From a virus, in the IMG/VR virus record IMGVR_UViG_3300032323_002905, positions 25,453 through 89,452 of that record: DNA of 64,000 nt, one strand, 5' to 3'. The translations under genes and the position numbers were made by a program. Below are positions 31,289 through 39,807 of the stretch, one piece after another (the first letter of the stretch is position 1; each line of letters begins with the position of its first letter). Below the pieces are notes generated by a model. It did not search any database and was not told the origin of the DNA. It saw only the letters and a program-made list of their open reading frames with translations.

Positions 31289-31565
31289 TGTATTTAGTTT
31301 TATATAAATCGGCTTTATGTTTTAAACCTGATAATTTAATTTTATCTTCTGCTACTTGTTTTTTATAAACAGTAGCAACTGAATCTAATTGGGTGATTTT
31401 AATTTTAGTAGAGTCAATATTTGCTTGTAATGAATCTATTTTATTATTTAAAGCTTCATTTTCTTTACCCAAACGGAAATTAGGATTAATGTTAAGAATA
31501 TTTACAATTAATAACACTAATCCTACGTATCCTAGAAACTTTATAATTTCTTTATACCACATCAA
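31215..31565 (-). CDS. Inner-membrane-anchored coiled-coil protein (i-spanin-like)
   Basis: N-terminal TM helix (FLGYVGLVLLIVNIL) plus coiled coil. Confidence 0.55.
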   Translation of the reverse strand: MMWYKEIIKFLGYVGLVLLIVNILNINPNFRLGKENEALNNKIDSLQANIDSTKIKITQLDSVATVYKKQVAEDKIKLSGLKHKADLYKTKYNEEHNRITNLSNDALVSEFTNAFD

Positions 31566-32388
31566 ATTCGAATTTATCTTTTAATGCTTCTAATTCTTTC
31601 TTTTGTGCTGTTTTTTCTTTTAATTTAGCAATGATATTTGCTTTTTCTTCACCTTCAGCATTTTTATATTCACCAGCTAATTCTTTCATTTCTTTTTCTA
31701 CTTGAATTAAACCTTTTAATACTTTATCTAATTTAGAAGTACGTTTAGTTAATTTAGTAGCTGCTTTAGCTGCTTGTTTATCAATATCTGATTCTTCTGG
31801 TGCTGAATCTTCGTCACCTGCTTTATAGTAGTCATCTGCTTCTTCTTCACCTGTCTCCATATCTTTTTCTACCGCTTTAACTGCTTTTTCTATTTTTTCT
31901 TTAGATGGTTTTGCAGTAGCTGCTTTAGGTGCTGTTGGTATTCCAGCCATTGATACTACACCTTTATCTTTTAACATACCCATTAATTCTCTGAATTTAG
32001 GATTGTTAATACTAGCTGTATCAGCTAAACCAAATTCTTTAGCTACATCAGCAACTGACATTTCACCTTTATCTAAAAGATATTCTAATGCTTTTTTAAC
32101 ATTACCTTTAGCTTTTTCGATTAATGAAGCTAATTCATCTTTCATTTCTTTATTTAAGATATAAGATACTTTAGCACGAGCCATTTCATCTAATTCTTCT
32201 TCAACAAAATCAACAGGATTTGATGGTGTCCCTAATGAAGGATTTTTTGTTTTAGTTTTAGCAGTATTAATTAAAGTCCGTTTTTGATCAGGAGTCAATG
32301 TATTTGGATTAGGTACATCAATTGTATCTTCAGATAATGTAGCGATAATTTCCTCACGTATAAAAGATTTAAATTCTTTGATTTTCAT
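31552..32388 (-). CDS. Hypothetical charged protein with leader motif (putative internal head protein)
   Basis: MKIKEFKSFIREEIIATLSE leader, LDE-MAR site, and a possible winged-HTH (MSVADVAKEFG). Confidence 0.7.
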   Translation of the reverse strand: MKIKEFKSFIREEIIATLSEDTIDVPNPNTLTPDQKRTLINTAKTKTKNPSLGTPSNPVDFVEEELDEMARAKVSYILNKEMKDELASLIEKAKGNVKKALEYLLDKGEMSVADVAKEFGLADTASINNPKFRELMGMLKDKGVVSMAGIPTAPKAATAKPSKEKIEKAVKAVEKDMETGEEEADDYYKAGDEDSAPEESDIDKQAAKAATKLTKRTSKLDKVLKGLIQVEKEMKELAGEYKNAEGEEKANIIAKLKEKTAQKKELEALKDKFEFDVV

Positions 32389-32409
32389 GTTATATTTTTC
32401 TGATAAATA

Positions 32410-32940
32410 TTATGAAAATATTGTCTCTTTAATTTTTTTAATACGTTCTTCGTTAGAACCGCTAATTTCTACAAATTTTTTCATACGATATGAATATCTA
32501 TCAGCAATTCTTTGAATAAAGAAATCAATTGTTGATCTAAACTCAACATCAGTTTCACGTACACCATTATCTTCCATCATAGTTCCAATAGGATTTACAT
32601 AAAATATATAATCATATTGACTAATAAACAACTTAGCATAATCTTCAAATGCTTCTTTATCTAAAACATTAATAGATTTAGCACATTTAGCAAATGCTAT
32701 AACATCAATAACTGTTCTATCAGTAATTAATTTAGGACGCATTAATTCACTAACACGTTCTGCTAAAAATATAGTTTGACCATTTAAAGTACTATCAGTA
32801 TTTAATGGAATACCTAAATCCTTTAAATATTTACTACGTTCAGTTGTAACATAGTAGTCTTTAAATTCAGGTAATTCACCTAATGATTTTACTAATGTTG
32901 TTTTACCAACACTCATTGTTCCACAAAAACCTATTTTCAT
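32410..32940 (-). CDS. P-loop nucleoside/nucleotide kinase-like ATPase (NadR/AAA_28-like)
   Basis: GTMSVGKTT, DRTVID, YDYIFY and DNGVR motifs. Confidence 0.8.
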   Translation of the reverse strand: MKIGFCGTMSVGKTTLVKSLGELPEFKDYYVTTERSKYLKDLGIPLNTDSTLNGQTIFLAERVSELMRPKLITDRTVIDVIAFAKCAKSINVLDKEAFEDYAKLFISQYDYIFYVNPIGTMMEDNGVRETDVEFRSTIDFFIQRIADRYSYRMKKFVEISGSNEERIKKIKETIFS

Positions 32941-32992
32941 ATATTATAATGTATATAAAGTCTCTAACAAGACCAAGTTGTAATTAATTTGT

Positions 32993-33244
32993 TTAAACTC
33001 TAGCACCTGCTGCTTTACCGGCTGGTGATTTGAACCATGGTAAACCTTCACGTTGTTTACAATGTTCTTTCCATGATTTTTCAGTGTACTTAATACCATA
33101 TAAATAATACTCACGTTTTTTTCTTTCACCTTGAGGTATTAACGCTGGTCCATCCCAGTTATGATACTTACCTTCCCAAACGTATGCGATTGTTCCGTCT
33201 GCTTTAGTTAATTTTTTAGTTGGTTCAAATTTTTTATTTTCCAT
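32993..33244 (-). CDS. Small protein with HxxDGPA motif
   Basis: 83 aa with GKYHNWDGPALI..EYYLYG; preceded by a promoter-like element. Confidence 0.7.
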   Translation of the reverse strand: MENKKFEPTKKLTKADGTIAYVWEGKYHNWDGPALIPQGERKKREYYLYGIKYTEKSWKEHCKQREGLPWFKSPAGKAAGARV

Positions 33245-33249
33245 ATAAT

Positions 33250-33281
33250 TAAATATAACATCAAATCAGCGGGAGGTCAAA
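33250..33281 (-). promoter_or_regulatory. Bacteroidetes-type -33/-7 promoter
   Basis: TTTG-N20-TATATTTA, 5 nt before the ATG at 33244. Confidence 0.6.
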
Positions 33282-33282
33282 C

Positions 33283-33978
33283 TTATTTGTACAATTTTAA
33301 TGTTCCACTACCTATTTCATAATTAGATAATTCATATATTACATATGATTGGTTTTCAATCCAATCACCTGTGTTGATATATCTAATACCATCTATAGTT
33401 TTGTCTATTGGTGTATGAATATGTCCACAAATAACAGTATGGCAGTTTCGTTTTTTAGCTTGTCTAACCATTTCCTGTTCAAAATCAATCATAAATGAAA
33501 CAGCAGCTTTAACATTATCTTTTAAATACTTAGATAAACTTGTTTTCTTATTAATTTTTTTTAATAGTCTATCAATAACAATAGCAGCATCATAACCAAT
33601 TGAACCTAACATACCTAACCAATGCATTTTAACAATACCATCATATTTGTCTCCATGACAAAACCAAATACCACCTTCAGTAAATTCATCTACTATTTTA
33701 ATATTACCTAATTGCATAGGTGTATATTTTCTTAAGAATTCATCATGATTACCTGATATCCAAATAATTTCTTTTTCTTTAGATATTTTAAATAAGTTAC
33801 GTATTACTCTGTTATGATCCTCACTAAACTTCTTATATCGTTGAAATAACCAACCATCAATAATATCGCCTACTAATATTAAGCGATCATATTCCTCAGT
33901 TTTAAGTAGATTTATGATGGCTTTAGTATTACAACCTTTAGAACCTATATGTAGGTCAGATATTACTAATGTTTTCAT
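33283..33978 (-). CDS. Calcineurin-like metallophosphoesterase (LpxH/YbbF-like)
   Basis: SDLHIG, GDIIDGW, GNHD, HGD, GHIH and NTGDW motifs. Confidence 0.9.
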   Translation of the reverse strand: MKTLVISDLHIGSKGCNTKAIINLLKTEEYDRLILVGDIIDGWLFQRYKKFSEDHNRVIRNLFKISKEKEIIWISGNHDEFLRKYTPMQLGNIKIVDEFTEGGIWFCHGDKYDGIVKMHWLGMLGSIGYDAAIVIDRLLKKINKKTSLSKYLKDNVKAAVSFMIDFEQEMVRQAKKRNCHTVICGHIHTPIDKTIDGIRYINTGDWIENQSYVIYELSNYEIGSGTLKLYK

Positions 33979-33979
33979 A

Positions 33980-35293
33980 TTATTTTAATAACGATTCAGC
34001 AACATATATTCCATGAGCACCACTAACTGTTATACCTCTTGCACTTAATGCGTCTCCAACAAAATGTACATTTGGGTATTTAGTTAATGCTAAATTAGTA
34101 TAATCAACTAATGGTTCTGGTGATAAATACTTTACTTCAGGAATATATATACCCCAATCATCACCTAATGTTGGGAATACTTTTTTCATATCTACTATAA
34201 AATCTTCAATATATTTAAAATATCCTTCCATAACTGGTTTAACAACATTAGTTAATGTATCTAAACTAATTGGAGTTGAACTTACTACATTTTTTTCTGA
34301 TGTATCAGATGGTGTACGAGATGGACTATAATACAAACCAGTTCCATTTGATTGTAATTTATTTACAACATCCCTAGACCAAGTAAATGGATCTTCAATA
34401 TCCTTAATTTCCATAATAATACCAAAATTAGTCATTCCATTTAGATATTTAGGATCTTTTTTAGCGTGACCATTATAAGTAACATCACCATATGTTTCTT
34501 CTACAGCAACATAAGCTGCATTATTATTTGTACAAAACGAACGTAATGAAACACCTTTATCATCAAATTTTCTATATAACTTAAAGTCATATGAAATGTC
34601 AATTAGTTTTTGGAAGTGGTGTTGTGGTGCCTCGAACCTACAGCCTATTTGAACTGATTTAGGTTCGTCTGGGAGTTCATATTGGTTGGCTAATTCTTGA
34701 GCAAAATCAATACCTGATTTACCTACAGCAAAAATAAGTTCATCATATGATAATACTTTTACTATCTCACTAATTGGAGGACCTTCATACTTTAATTCAT
34801 TAATATCAAAATCTATACTTGTAACTTTAGATTTCCAAATAAATTTAACACCTTTCTCAACTAAATAATCGTACCAATTTTTAGCAATTTCAGATAGATA
34901 ATCTGTACCTACGTGCCATACAGGAAATAAACGTAAACCAAAATATGGTTTAATAAAATCAGGTTCAGCTTCTGGATTTGAACATTGTACTTCTTCAGGT
35001 TTAGGATGGAAACGTTTAAAATTGGTAATAACTTGATCCATTAATTCCATTGCTTTTTCCTCACCTGTATACTTAGATAACTGACCACCAATAGCTGTAT
35101 GGTAAGTTAGTTTGCCGTCTGACCAACCTCCCGCACCTAACATTCCTGTCATTACTTCTTCAGGTAAGCGGTTATATGGATCTTTACCCATATCAATAAT
35201 AGTAATTAAATTACCATCATACCCATTATCTACTAATTTAGTTGCAGCATTAATGCCTGCTACTCCGGCTCCAACGATTACAATTTTTTTCAT
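33980..35293 (-). CDS. FAD-dependent oxidoreductase
   Basis: VIVGAGVAG Rossmann motif, GAGGWSDGKL, RSFC and HFVGD. Confidence 0.9.
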   Translation of the reverse strand: MKKIVIVGAGVAGINAATKLVDNGYDGNLITIIDMGKDPYNRLPEEVMTGMLGAGGWSDGKLTYHTAIGGQLSKYTGEEKAMELMDQVITNFKRFHPKPEEVQCSNPEAEPDFIKPYFGLRLFPVWHVGTDYLSEIAKNWYDYLVEKGVKFIWKSKVTSIDFDINELKYEGPPISEIVKVLSYDELIFAVGKSGIDFAQELANQYELPDEPKSVQIGCRFEAPQHHFQKLIDISYDFKLYRKFDDKGVSLRSFCTNNNAAYVAVEETYGDVTYNGHAKKDPKYLNGMTNFGIIMEIKDIEDPFTWSRDVVNKLQSNGTGLYYSPSRTPSDTSEKNVVSSTPISLDTLTNVVKPVMEGYFKYIEDFIVDMKKVFPTLGDDWGIYIPEVKYLSPEPLVDYTNLALTKYPNVHFVGDALSARGITVSGAHGIYVAESLLK

Positions 35294-35298
35294 ATATT

Positions 35299-35330
35299 TT
35301 AATATAATTAATTTTTATTTAAAGGCCAAA
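35299..35330 (-). promoter_or_regulatory. Bacteroidetes-type -33/-7 promoter
   Basis: TTTG-N20-TATATTAA, 5 nt before the ATG at 35293. Confidence 0.55.
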
Positions 35331-35335
35331 CTAAG

Positions 35336-35407
35336 GTGGCCCACCTTTTTTTAGGGTGAGCCACTACTTCACAATATTTTTATTAGTCGACAGGCAATGA
35401 ATCTGTC
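35336..35407 (-). other. Intergenic two-hairpin element (terminator or small structured RNA)
   Basis: GACAG-N9-CTGTC and GTGGCTCACC-N9-GGTGGGCCAC stems in an otherwise AT-rich gap. Confidence 0.5.
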
Positions 35408-35425
35408 TATATGTTAAAAAATTTT

Positions 35426-35896
35426 TTAGATTTTTTTAAATGCTTCACCTTCTCTATATTGAGGGTAATATGTTTTTCTACCATCTACATCTGAAATTTC
35501 CCATGCTGGAATATTATTAGGTTCTACATTTCCATTATACATAAAATTTCCTTCTAATTTAGTTGCTTTTACAATTTTACCTGGGATGAATTTTTGTTTC
35601 ATTCTATCAAATACTTCAACTTTATCACCTGGTTTTACAGTTGGCCCTGATGCTTGTAACATATCAAAATATGCTTCACTATCTTCTAAGTATTCTTGAT
35701 GTTCTTCATTACCAAATTCTTCGTCAGGATCAACTTCATTTTTTACCATATCCATAACTTTTTCTCTATTCCATCCTGGGTTAGCAGACATCATACTTTG
35801 GTAAAATGAGTTTGATTCTTTATTGATTTGGTTTTCAGTAATAATACCCGCTAATTTTTGCATGCGAGCTAATTGTTCGTTTAATATTGGTTTCAT
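35426..35896 (-). CDS. Putative internal head protein with RMQKLAGII leader and SH3/KOW-like C-terminus
   Basis: Leader is nearly identical to that of ORF 42414..43295; contains VKPGDKVEVF. Confidence 0.7.
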   Translation of the reverse strand: MKPILNEQLARMQKLAGIITENQINKESNSFYQSMMSANPGWNREKVMDMVKNEVDPDEEFGNEEHQEYLEDSEAYFDMLQASGPTVKPGDKVEVFDRMKQKFIPGKIVKATKLEGNFMYNGNVEPNNIPAWEISDVDGRKTYYPQYREGEAFKKI

Positions 35897-36153
35897 TTTT
35901 TATATATCTTTAATTTTAAAGTACCTGTACCTTTAATGGCTCTATGCCATTCATGTCTTGGTATAAATATTGGTTGGTTTATAGAAGTTGGCAATTGGTT
36001 TTCAAGTTGTAATTGCCAATTTGTTTTACCTATTACTTCAACTGTTCTATCTTCATCATCACGATGCCACATTAGTTCAATTGGGTCTATATTTTCGTTA
36101 AATTCACGAATAATATATTTGTCTGTAACTTCTATATCTTTATATGGCCTCAT
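35893..36153 (-). CDS. Small cupin-fold protein
   Basis: WHRD..E and IFIPRHEWHRAIKG metal-binding cupin motifs. Confidence 0.7.
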   Translation of the reverse strand: MRPYKDIEVTDKYIIREFNENIDPIELMWHRDDEDRTVEVIGKTNWQLQLENQLPTSINQPIFIPRHEWHRAIKGTGTLKLKIYKK

Positions 36154-36757
36154 TCATATCATAATAAAATGAATCTCCATCTTCAGTTACCCATCTATCA
36201 GATTGGTTTTCAACTGATGGTAATTCAGTGTCTACTTTAAATTGTTTTAAATCTTCAGGTAATTTTTTAGTTACCCAATTTGAATCTTTCCAAAATAATC
36301 TATTATTTGGTTGACACAATAAATATCCATCATCTGCCTTAAATATATGTCCACATTTATAGTCTGATGGTTCATCACTATATGGATTATCATACCAATC
36401 TACAGTAAACATATAAGTTCCCCAAACTTTGCTTCCGTCTCTTAAGACAATTTGAGCTCTATGATATAATAAAAAATCATATTCTATAACTGATACATTA
36501 ACTGAAAAACAATCCCATAATTGTTTAAAATTAAATGGAATATCATTTTCTGGAATTTTAGTGTAGATTTCAGATATTGGAACTCTATTTCTAACCATTC
36601 CATCATCAGTCATAACATGAAATGTTAATATTTTTCCGGAACATGATTGTAGTCCAAAAACATAAACATTTAAAAATACTTCTGAATCTTTTTTATTTTT
36701 AGTAAAATATGATTTACGAACTAAAGCTTTAAAACTTGGAATATCCGCGTTTAACAT
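36140..36757 (-). CDS. Hypothetical phage protein
   Basis: 205-aa ORF with QLWDCFS, YMFTVDW and QPNNR; overlaps its neighbour. Confidence 0.75.
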   Translation of the reverse strand: MLNADIPSFKALVRKSYFTKNKKDSEVFLNVYVFGLQSCSGKILTFHVMTDDGMVRNRVPISEIYTKIPENDIPFNFKQLWDCFSVNVSVIEYDFLLYHRAQIVLRDGSKVWGTYMFTVDWYDNPYSDEPSDYKCGHIFKADDGYLLCQPNNRLFWKDSNWVTKKLPEDLKQFKVDTELPSVENQSDRWVTEDGDSFYYDMNEAI

Positions 36758-36772
36758 ATTATTTTTTATTAA

Positions 36773-37429
36773 TTATTTATTTTGTATTTCTAATCTCTCT
36801 TCCGCGGTTTTGTAATCTACTACTCTAAAAAAATCATTAATATAATTTTTTCTTTGAGATTTGTGTTTTAAATAATAAGCATGTTCCCAAACATCCATAG
36901 CAATTAAAATTTTACCTTTAAAATCTTTATTAAGATATGGATTATCTTGATTAGCATAAGATTCTATAACTAATTTATTTCCTTTTTGGATTAAAAATAC
37001 CCAACCTGAACCAAATTGTTTTAAACCAGCTTCTTTAAATTTTTCTTTAAATTCGGAAAATGAGTTAAAGTTTTTTTCTAATAGGTTTTTAAAATTTGTT
37101 GAAGGTGCTTTGTAATCAGGTGTCATATTTTCAAAATACAAAATATGATTATAAAAACCACCACCATTATTTCTAATAATATCATTTTTAGGATATTTAC
37201 CTAATATAATTTGGATAGCTTGAATTTGATCTTCGGCATTTACTTTAATAGATTTTTTATCTAATTCATCATTAAGTTTATCTGTGTATCCTTTAAAATG
37301 TTTATCAAAATGCTCTTCCATAGTTTCCTTATCTATGTAAGGTTGAAGAGAAGTGTATGAATAACTTAATTTAGGTACTTTAAATTTTGTATCTTTTGCT
37401 TCAGTTAGTAATTGAATAAGATTAATCAT
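36773..37429 (-). CDS. sod: Fe/Mn superoxide dismutase (Mn-type signatures) with extra N-terminal leader
   Basis: HFDKH, NNGGGFYNH, FGSGW, ANQDNP and DVWEHAYY motifs. Confidence 0.95.
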   Translation of the reverse strand: MINLIQLLTEAKDTKFKVPKLSYSYTSLQPYIDKETMEEHFDKHFKGYTDKLNDELDKKSIKVNAEDQIQAIQIILGKYPKNDIIRNNGGGFYNHILYFENMTPDYKAPSTNFKNLLEKNFNSFSEFKEKFKEAGLKQFGSGWVFLIQKGNKLVIESYANQDNPYLNKDFKGKILIAMDVWEHAYYLKHKSQRKNYINDFFRVVDYKTAEERLEIQNK

Positions 37430-38072
37430 TTTTCATTTTTTTAAATGGGGCATATCCTGAACCATATGGTGCTGATCTGCCAGATTGTGGATCTGATGTT
37501 TCTTGTGTTAAATCTCTATAGTTTTGAGATGGAGGAAATGTTCCCATCTTTTTTTTAGCTTGTTCCTTAGTTTTATAAGGTCCAAATTCTTGTCTAATAC
37601 CTGGAGCAAATGGATTATCTTGAATATAATAGTATTTGTCTCCTCTTTTTTCAATAGCTCTATATCTACTTTGACCTCCAAAACCATTTTTTTCATTTAC
37701 ATCTTTAAATTCTTTTAATTTATTCAAGCGTTCTGTTTTCTTTTTAGATGCTTCTTTTTTAGCTGTGATGTATTCTAATCCTTTTTTTAAGCGTGCTTTT
37801 ACTTCAGGATCTTTTGCTTTACCATAAGCGGCTCTAACACGTTGATGAATTAAATTAATAATTTGTGATTGTCTTTTATGTGGTTTTGATTGAAATGATG
37901 ATTTAGATAAAGTATCTTTTATATCTTGAACAGTTTTAAATTTTATACTAACAGTATCATTTGGATTTTCATCAGTATATAAACGACGACCTGATCCTTT
38001 AGGTTTTTTACCTGTACCTACTTTAGGATCACCTTCAGTTATTTCTTTTAATATATCAACTAACTTAATCAT
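37422..38072 (-). CDS. Basic hypothetical protein with leader motif
   Basis: MIKLVDILKE leader, LYTDENP domain, and a second module after VNE. Confidence 0.7.
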   Translation of the reverse strand: MIKLVDILKEITEGDPKVGTGKKPKGSGRRLYTDENPNDTVSIKFKTVQDIKDTLSKSSFQSKPHKRQSQIINLIHQRVRAAYGKAKDPEVKARLKKGLEYITAKKEASKKKTERLNKLKEFKDVNEKNGFGGQSRYRAIEKRGDKYYYIQDNPFAPGIRQEFGPYKTKEQAKKKMGTFPPSQNYRDLTQETSDPQSGRSAPYGSGYAPFKKMKND

Positions 38073-38440
38073 TATGATATAGTCCAGGTTTTAACATCAC
38101 GTGCTTTTTCTTTTAATTTAAAAGTAACTACACCACGAATTGATTTAATATCTTTTTCTACTTTAGTTACAATATTAGCTGTATCATTTAATCCTTTAGG
38201 GAATGGTGATGGATCAATTTTAATATCTAAATAAGCGTATTCATATTTTGATGATGGATTACCTGATTGATATTCTTTATTATTAACAATAGTAACACCT
38301 AAAACAGCTCTAACGTCAGATAAAATGTATTTCATTTTAGCAACTTGAGGATTGATAACTAATACACCACCAATGGCTAATACCTTTTTTGATGATGCGT
38401 ATTCTTCTTTAATAAGTTGTTTTAGTTCTGATTTTTTCAT
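38072..38440 (-). CDS. MKKSELKQLI-leader cassette protein 3
   Basis: 122 aa; shared leader, unique body. Confidence 0.75.
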   Translation of the reverse strand: MKKSELKQLIKEEYASSKKVLAIGGVLVINPQVAKMKYILSDVRAVLGVTIVNNKEYQSGNPSSKYEYAYLDIKIDPSPFPKGLNDTANIVTKVEKDIKSIRGVVTFKLKEKARDVKTWTIS

Positions 38441-38442
38441 AA

Positions 38443-38718
38443 TTATTTTAAATCATCTATTAAATTCTGCATCTCTTCATCTGCAGGTCCACGATAACTA
38501 AAAGTATATGTTCCTTTTAAGCTTTTATCATCATAATAATTATTATTAGATACTAACTTAAAATCTAAATTTGGGTAATTGTTTTTAATATACTTTATTT
38601 TATCTTCTATTTCAGGGGTAAGTTTTTGAATTAAAATATTACCTGAAGTTCTAGTATTTTCTTTTAATATGTTAGATATTTCTTCTCTAATAAGTTGTTT
38701 TAGTTCTGATTTTTTCAT
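38443..38718 (-). CDS. MKKSELKQLI-leader cassette protein 2
   Basis: 91 aa; shared leader, unique body. Confidence 0.75.
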   Translation of the reverse strand: MKKSELKQLIREEISNILKENTRTSGNILIQKLTPEIEDKIKYIKNNYPNLDFKLVSNNNYYDDKSLKGTYTFSYRGPADEEMQNLIDDLK

Positions 38719-38720
38719 AA

Positions 38721-38993
38721 TTATTTTATTTTAAATACTACTACGTCTTCTTCAGAACGCATTTTAGCTAATTTACCAAGGTATTTAGTTCTAACTACTT
38801 TATTAATTATATTTATTTCTTTGTTAGGTTCATCGTCTAAATAAATTTTAATTTTATCATTTCCGTCTGCATTAACATGAGCATATTTTACTCCTGCTGC
38901 TTCAACATCTTTTCTAAAATCATCTACTATAGATTCTTTTAATATTTTACTTATTTCTTCTTTAATAAGTTGTCTTAGTTCTGATTTTTTCAT
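38721..38993 (-). CDS. MKKSELRQLI-leader cassette protein 1
   Basis: Start moved to the ATG at 38993 by homology with the two downstream leaders. Confidence 0.75.
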   Translation of the reverse strand: MKKSELRQLIKEEISKILKESIVDDFRKDVEAAGVKYAHVNADGNDKIKIYLDDEPNKEINIINKVVRTKYLGKLAKMRSEEDVVVFKIK

Positions 38994-39004
38994 AATTATA
39001 AGTA

Positions 39005-39796
39005 TTACCAAAAACCGGTAAAAGTAGTTTTAAATCCTAACAAGTTTGCATAACGAGGCAATCTACATGACCAGTAACGTGCTGTTGTTTTATCTTTAGC
39101 TTGTGGGCAATTCATTCTATCTGAAAATGCTTTACGTGCCTTAGGATTGTTTAGTTTTGCTCTTAAAGCTCCACCAGCCATACCAAATGATACCTTTTTA
39201 ACTTTTTTAGTTTTAGGATCTTTAACATAAACATAGAATTTTTTAGAACCACCACGTTTTGGTTTTCCTAAATCTACATCTTTACCTTGATATTTAGCTT
39301 CATATACTTGGTCAAATTCATCTCCTAAACCTTCATAATCAGTTGACCAATTATTATCTCCACAATTAGTACAAGGTCTATCTAAATCTTCATCATACCC
39401 ATGTTCACCACAAGTTGCACAAACTGCATCTCTTCCTTCAGTTAATATTTCCATTAATGGTAAATCTAAAGGTACAAATTCACCTTCATATTTTGCCCAT
39501 TTTCCGATATCTGTAGTTTCGTATAATTTTTTATCAGTACCTTGTAACTCAATAATATTGTTATTCCACAACATTCTTGCTTCAGTCAATAATTTTTGAT
39601 GAGCAAAACTACCCGGACGGTATATATTCTCAGTAAGCTGTATTTTACTGTCTATATGGTAACGCATTGCCTCAGATATAGCCATGTTATACTGCTTAGA
39701 CTCAATGAGTAAAGGCGGTGTATTGCAAGATTTACATGAGTCAGTTACTTTGTAATTTTGTAAAGTTTCTGAGATAAGTTGTTTTAGTTTATTCAT
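39005..39796 (-). CDS. Modular protein (leader, Zn ribbon, basic Cys-containing C-terminal domain)
   Basis: CATCG..CTNCG ribbon and KKFYVYVKDP..VSFG..RYWSC domain, separated by L-x-E sites. Confidence 0.75.
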   Translation of the reverse strand: MNKLKQLISETLQNYKVTDSCKSCNTPPLLIESKQYNMAISEAMRYHIDSKIQLTENIYRPGSFAHQKLLTEARMLWNNNIIELQGTDKKLYETTDIGKWAKYEGEFVPLDLPLMEILTEGRDAVCATCGEHGYDEDLDRPCTNCGDNNWSTDYEGLGDEFDQVYEAKYQGKDVDLGKPKRGGSKKFYVYVKDPKTKKVKKVSFGMAGGALRAKLNNPKARKAFSDRMNCPQAKDKTTARYWSCRLPRYANLLGFKTTFTGFW

Positions 39797-39807
39797 GATT
39801 ATAAATA

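Larger units (their letters stand above)
38402..38999. repeat. Three direct repeats of about 45 bp (about 38402-38446, 38680-38724, 38955-38999) covering the start regions of three tandem genes
   Basis: ttcttct(t/c)taataagttgt(t/c)ttagttctgattttttcataattat occurs three times, about 276 bp apart. Confidence 0.9.

Noticed and set aside
32944-33129. 61-aa alternative-frame ORF
   Set aside because: Overlaps the better-supported 32993..33244 gene, which has a motif and promoter; a short 49-nt gap does not need filling.
38402-38999. Spaced 45-bp repeats as CRISPR or integron attC sites
   Set aside because: The spacers are ~230-bp coding bodies, the repeats are non-palindromic and protein-coding, and no cas or integrase gene lies in the window.
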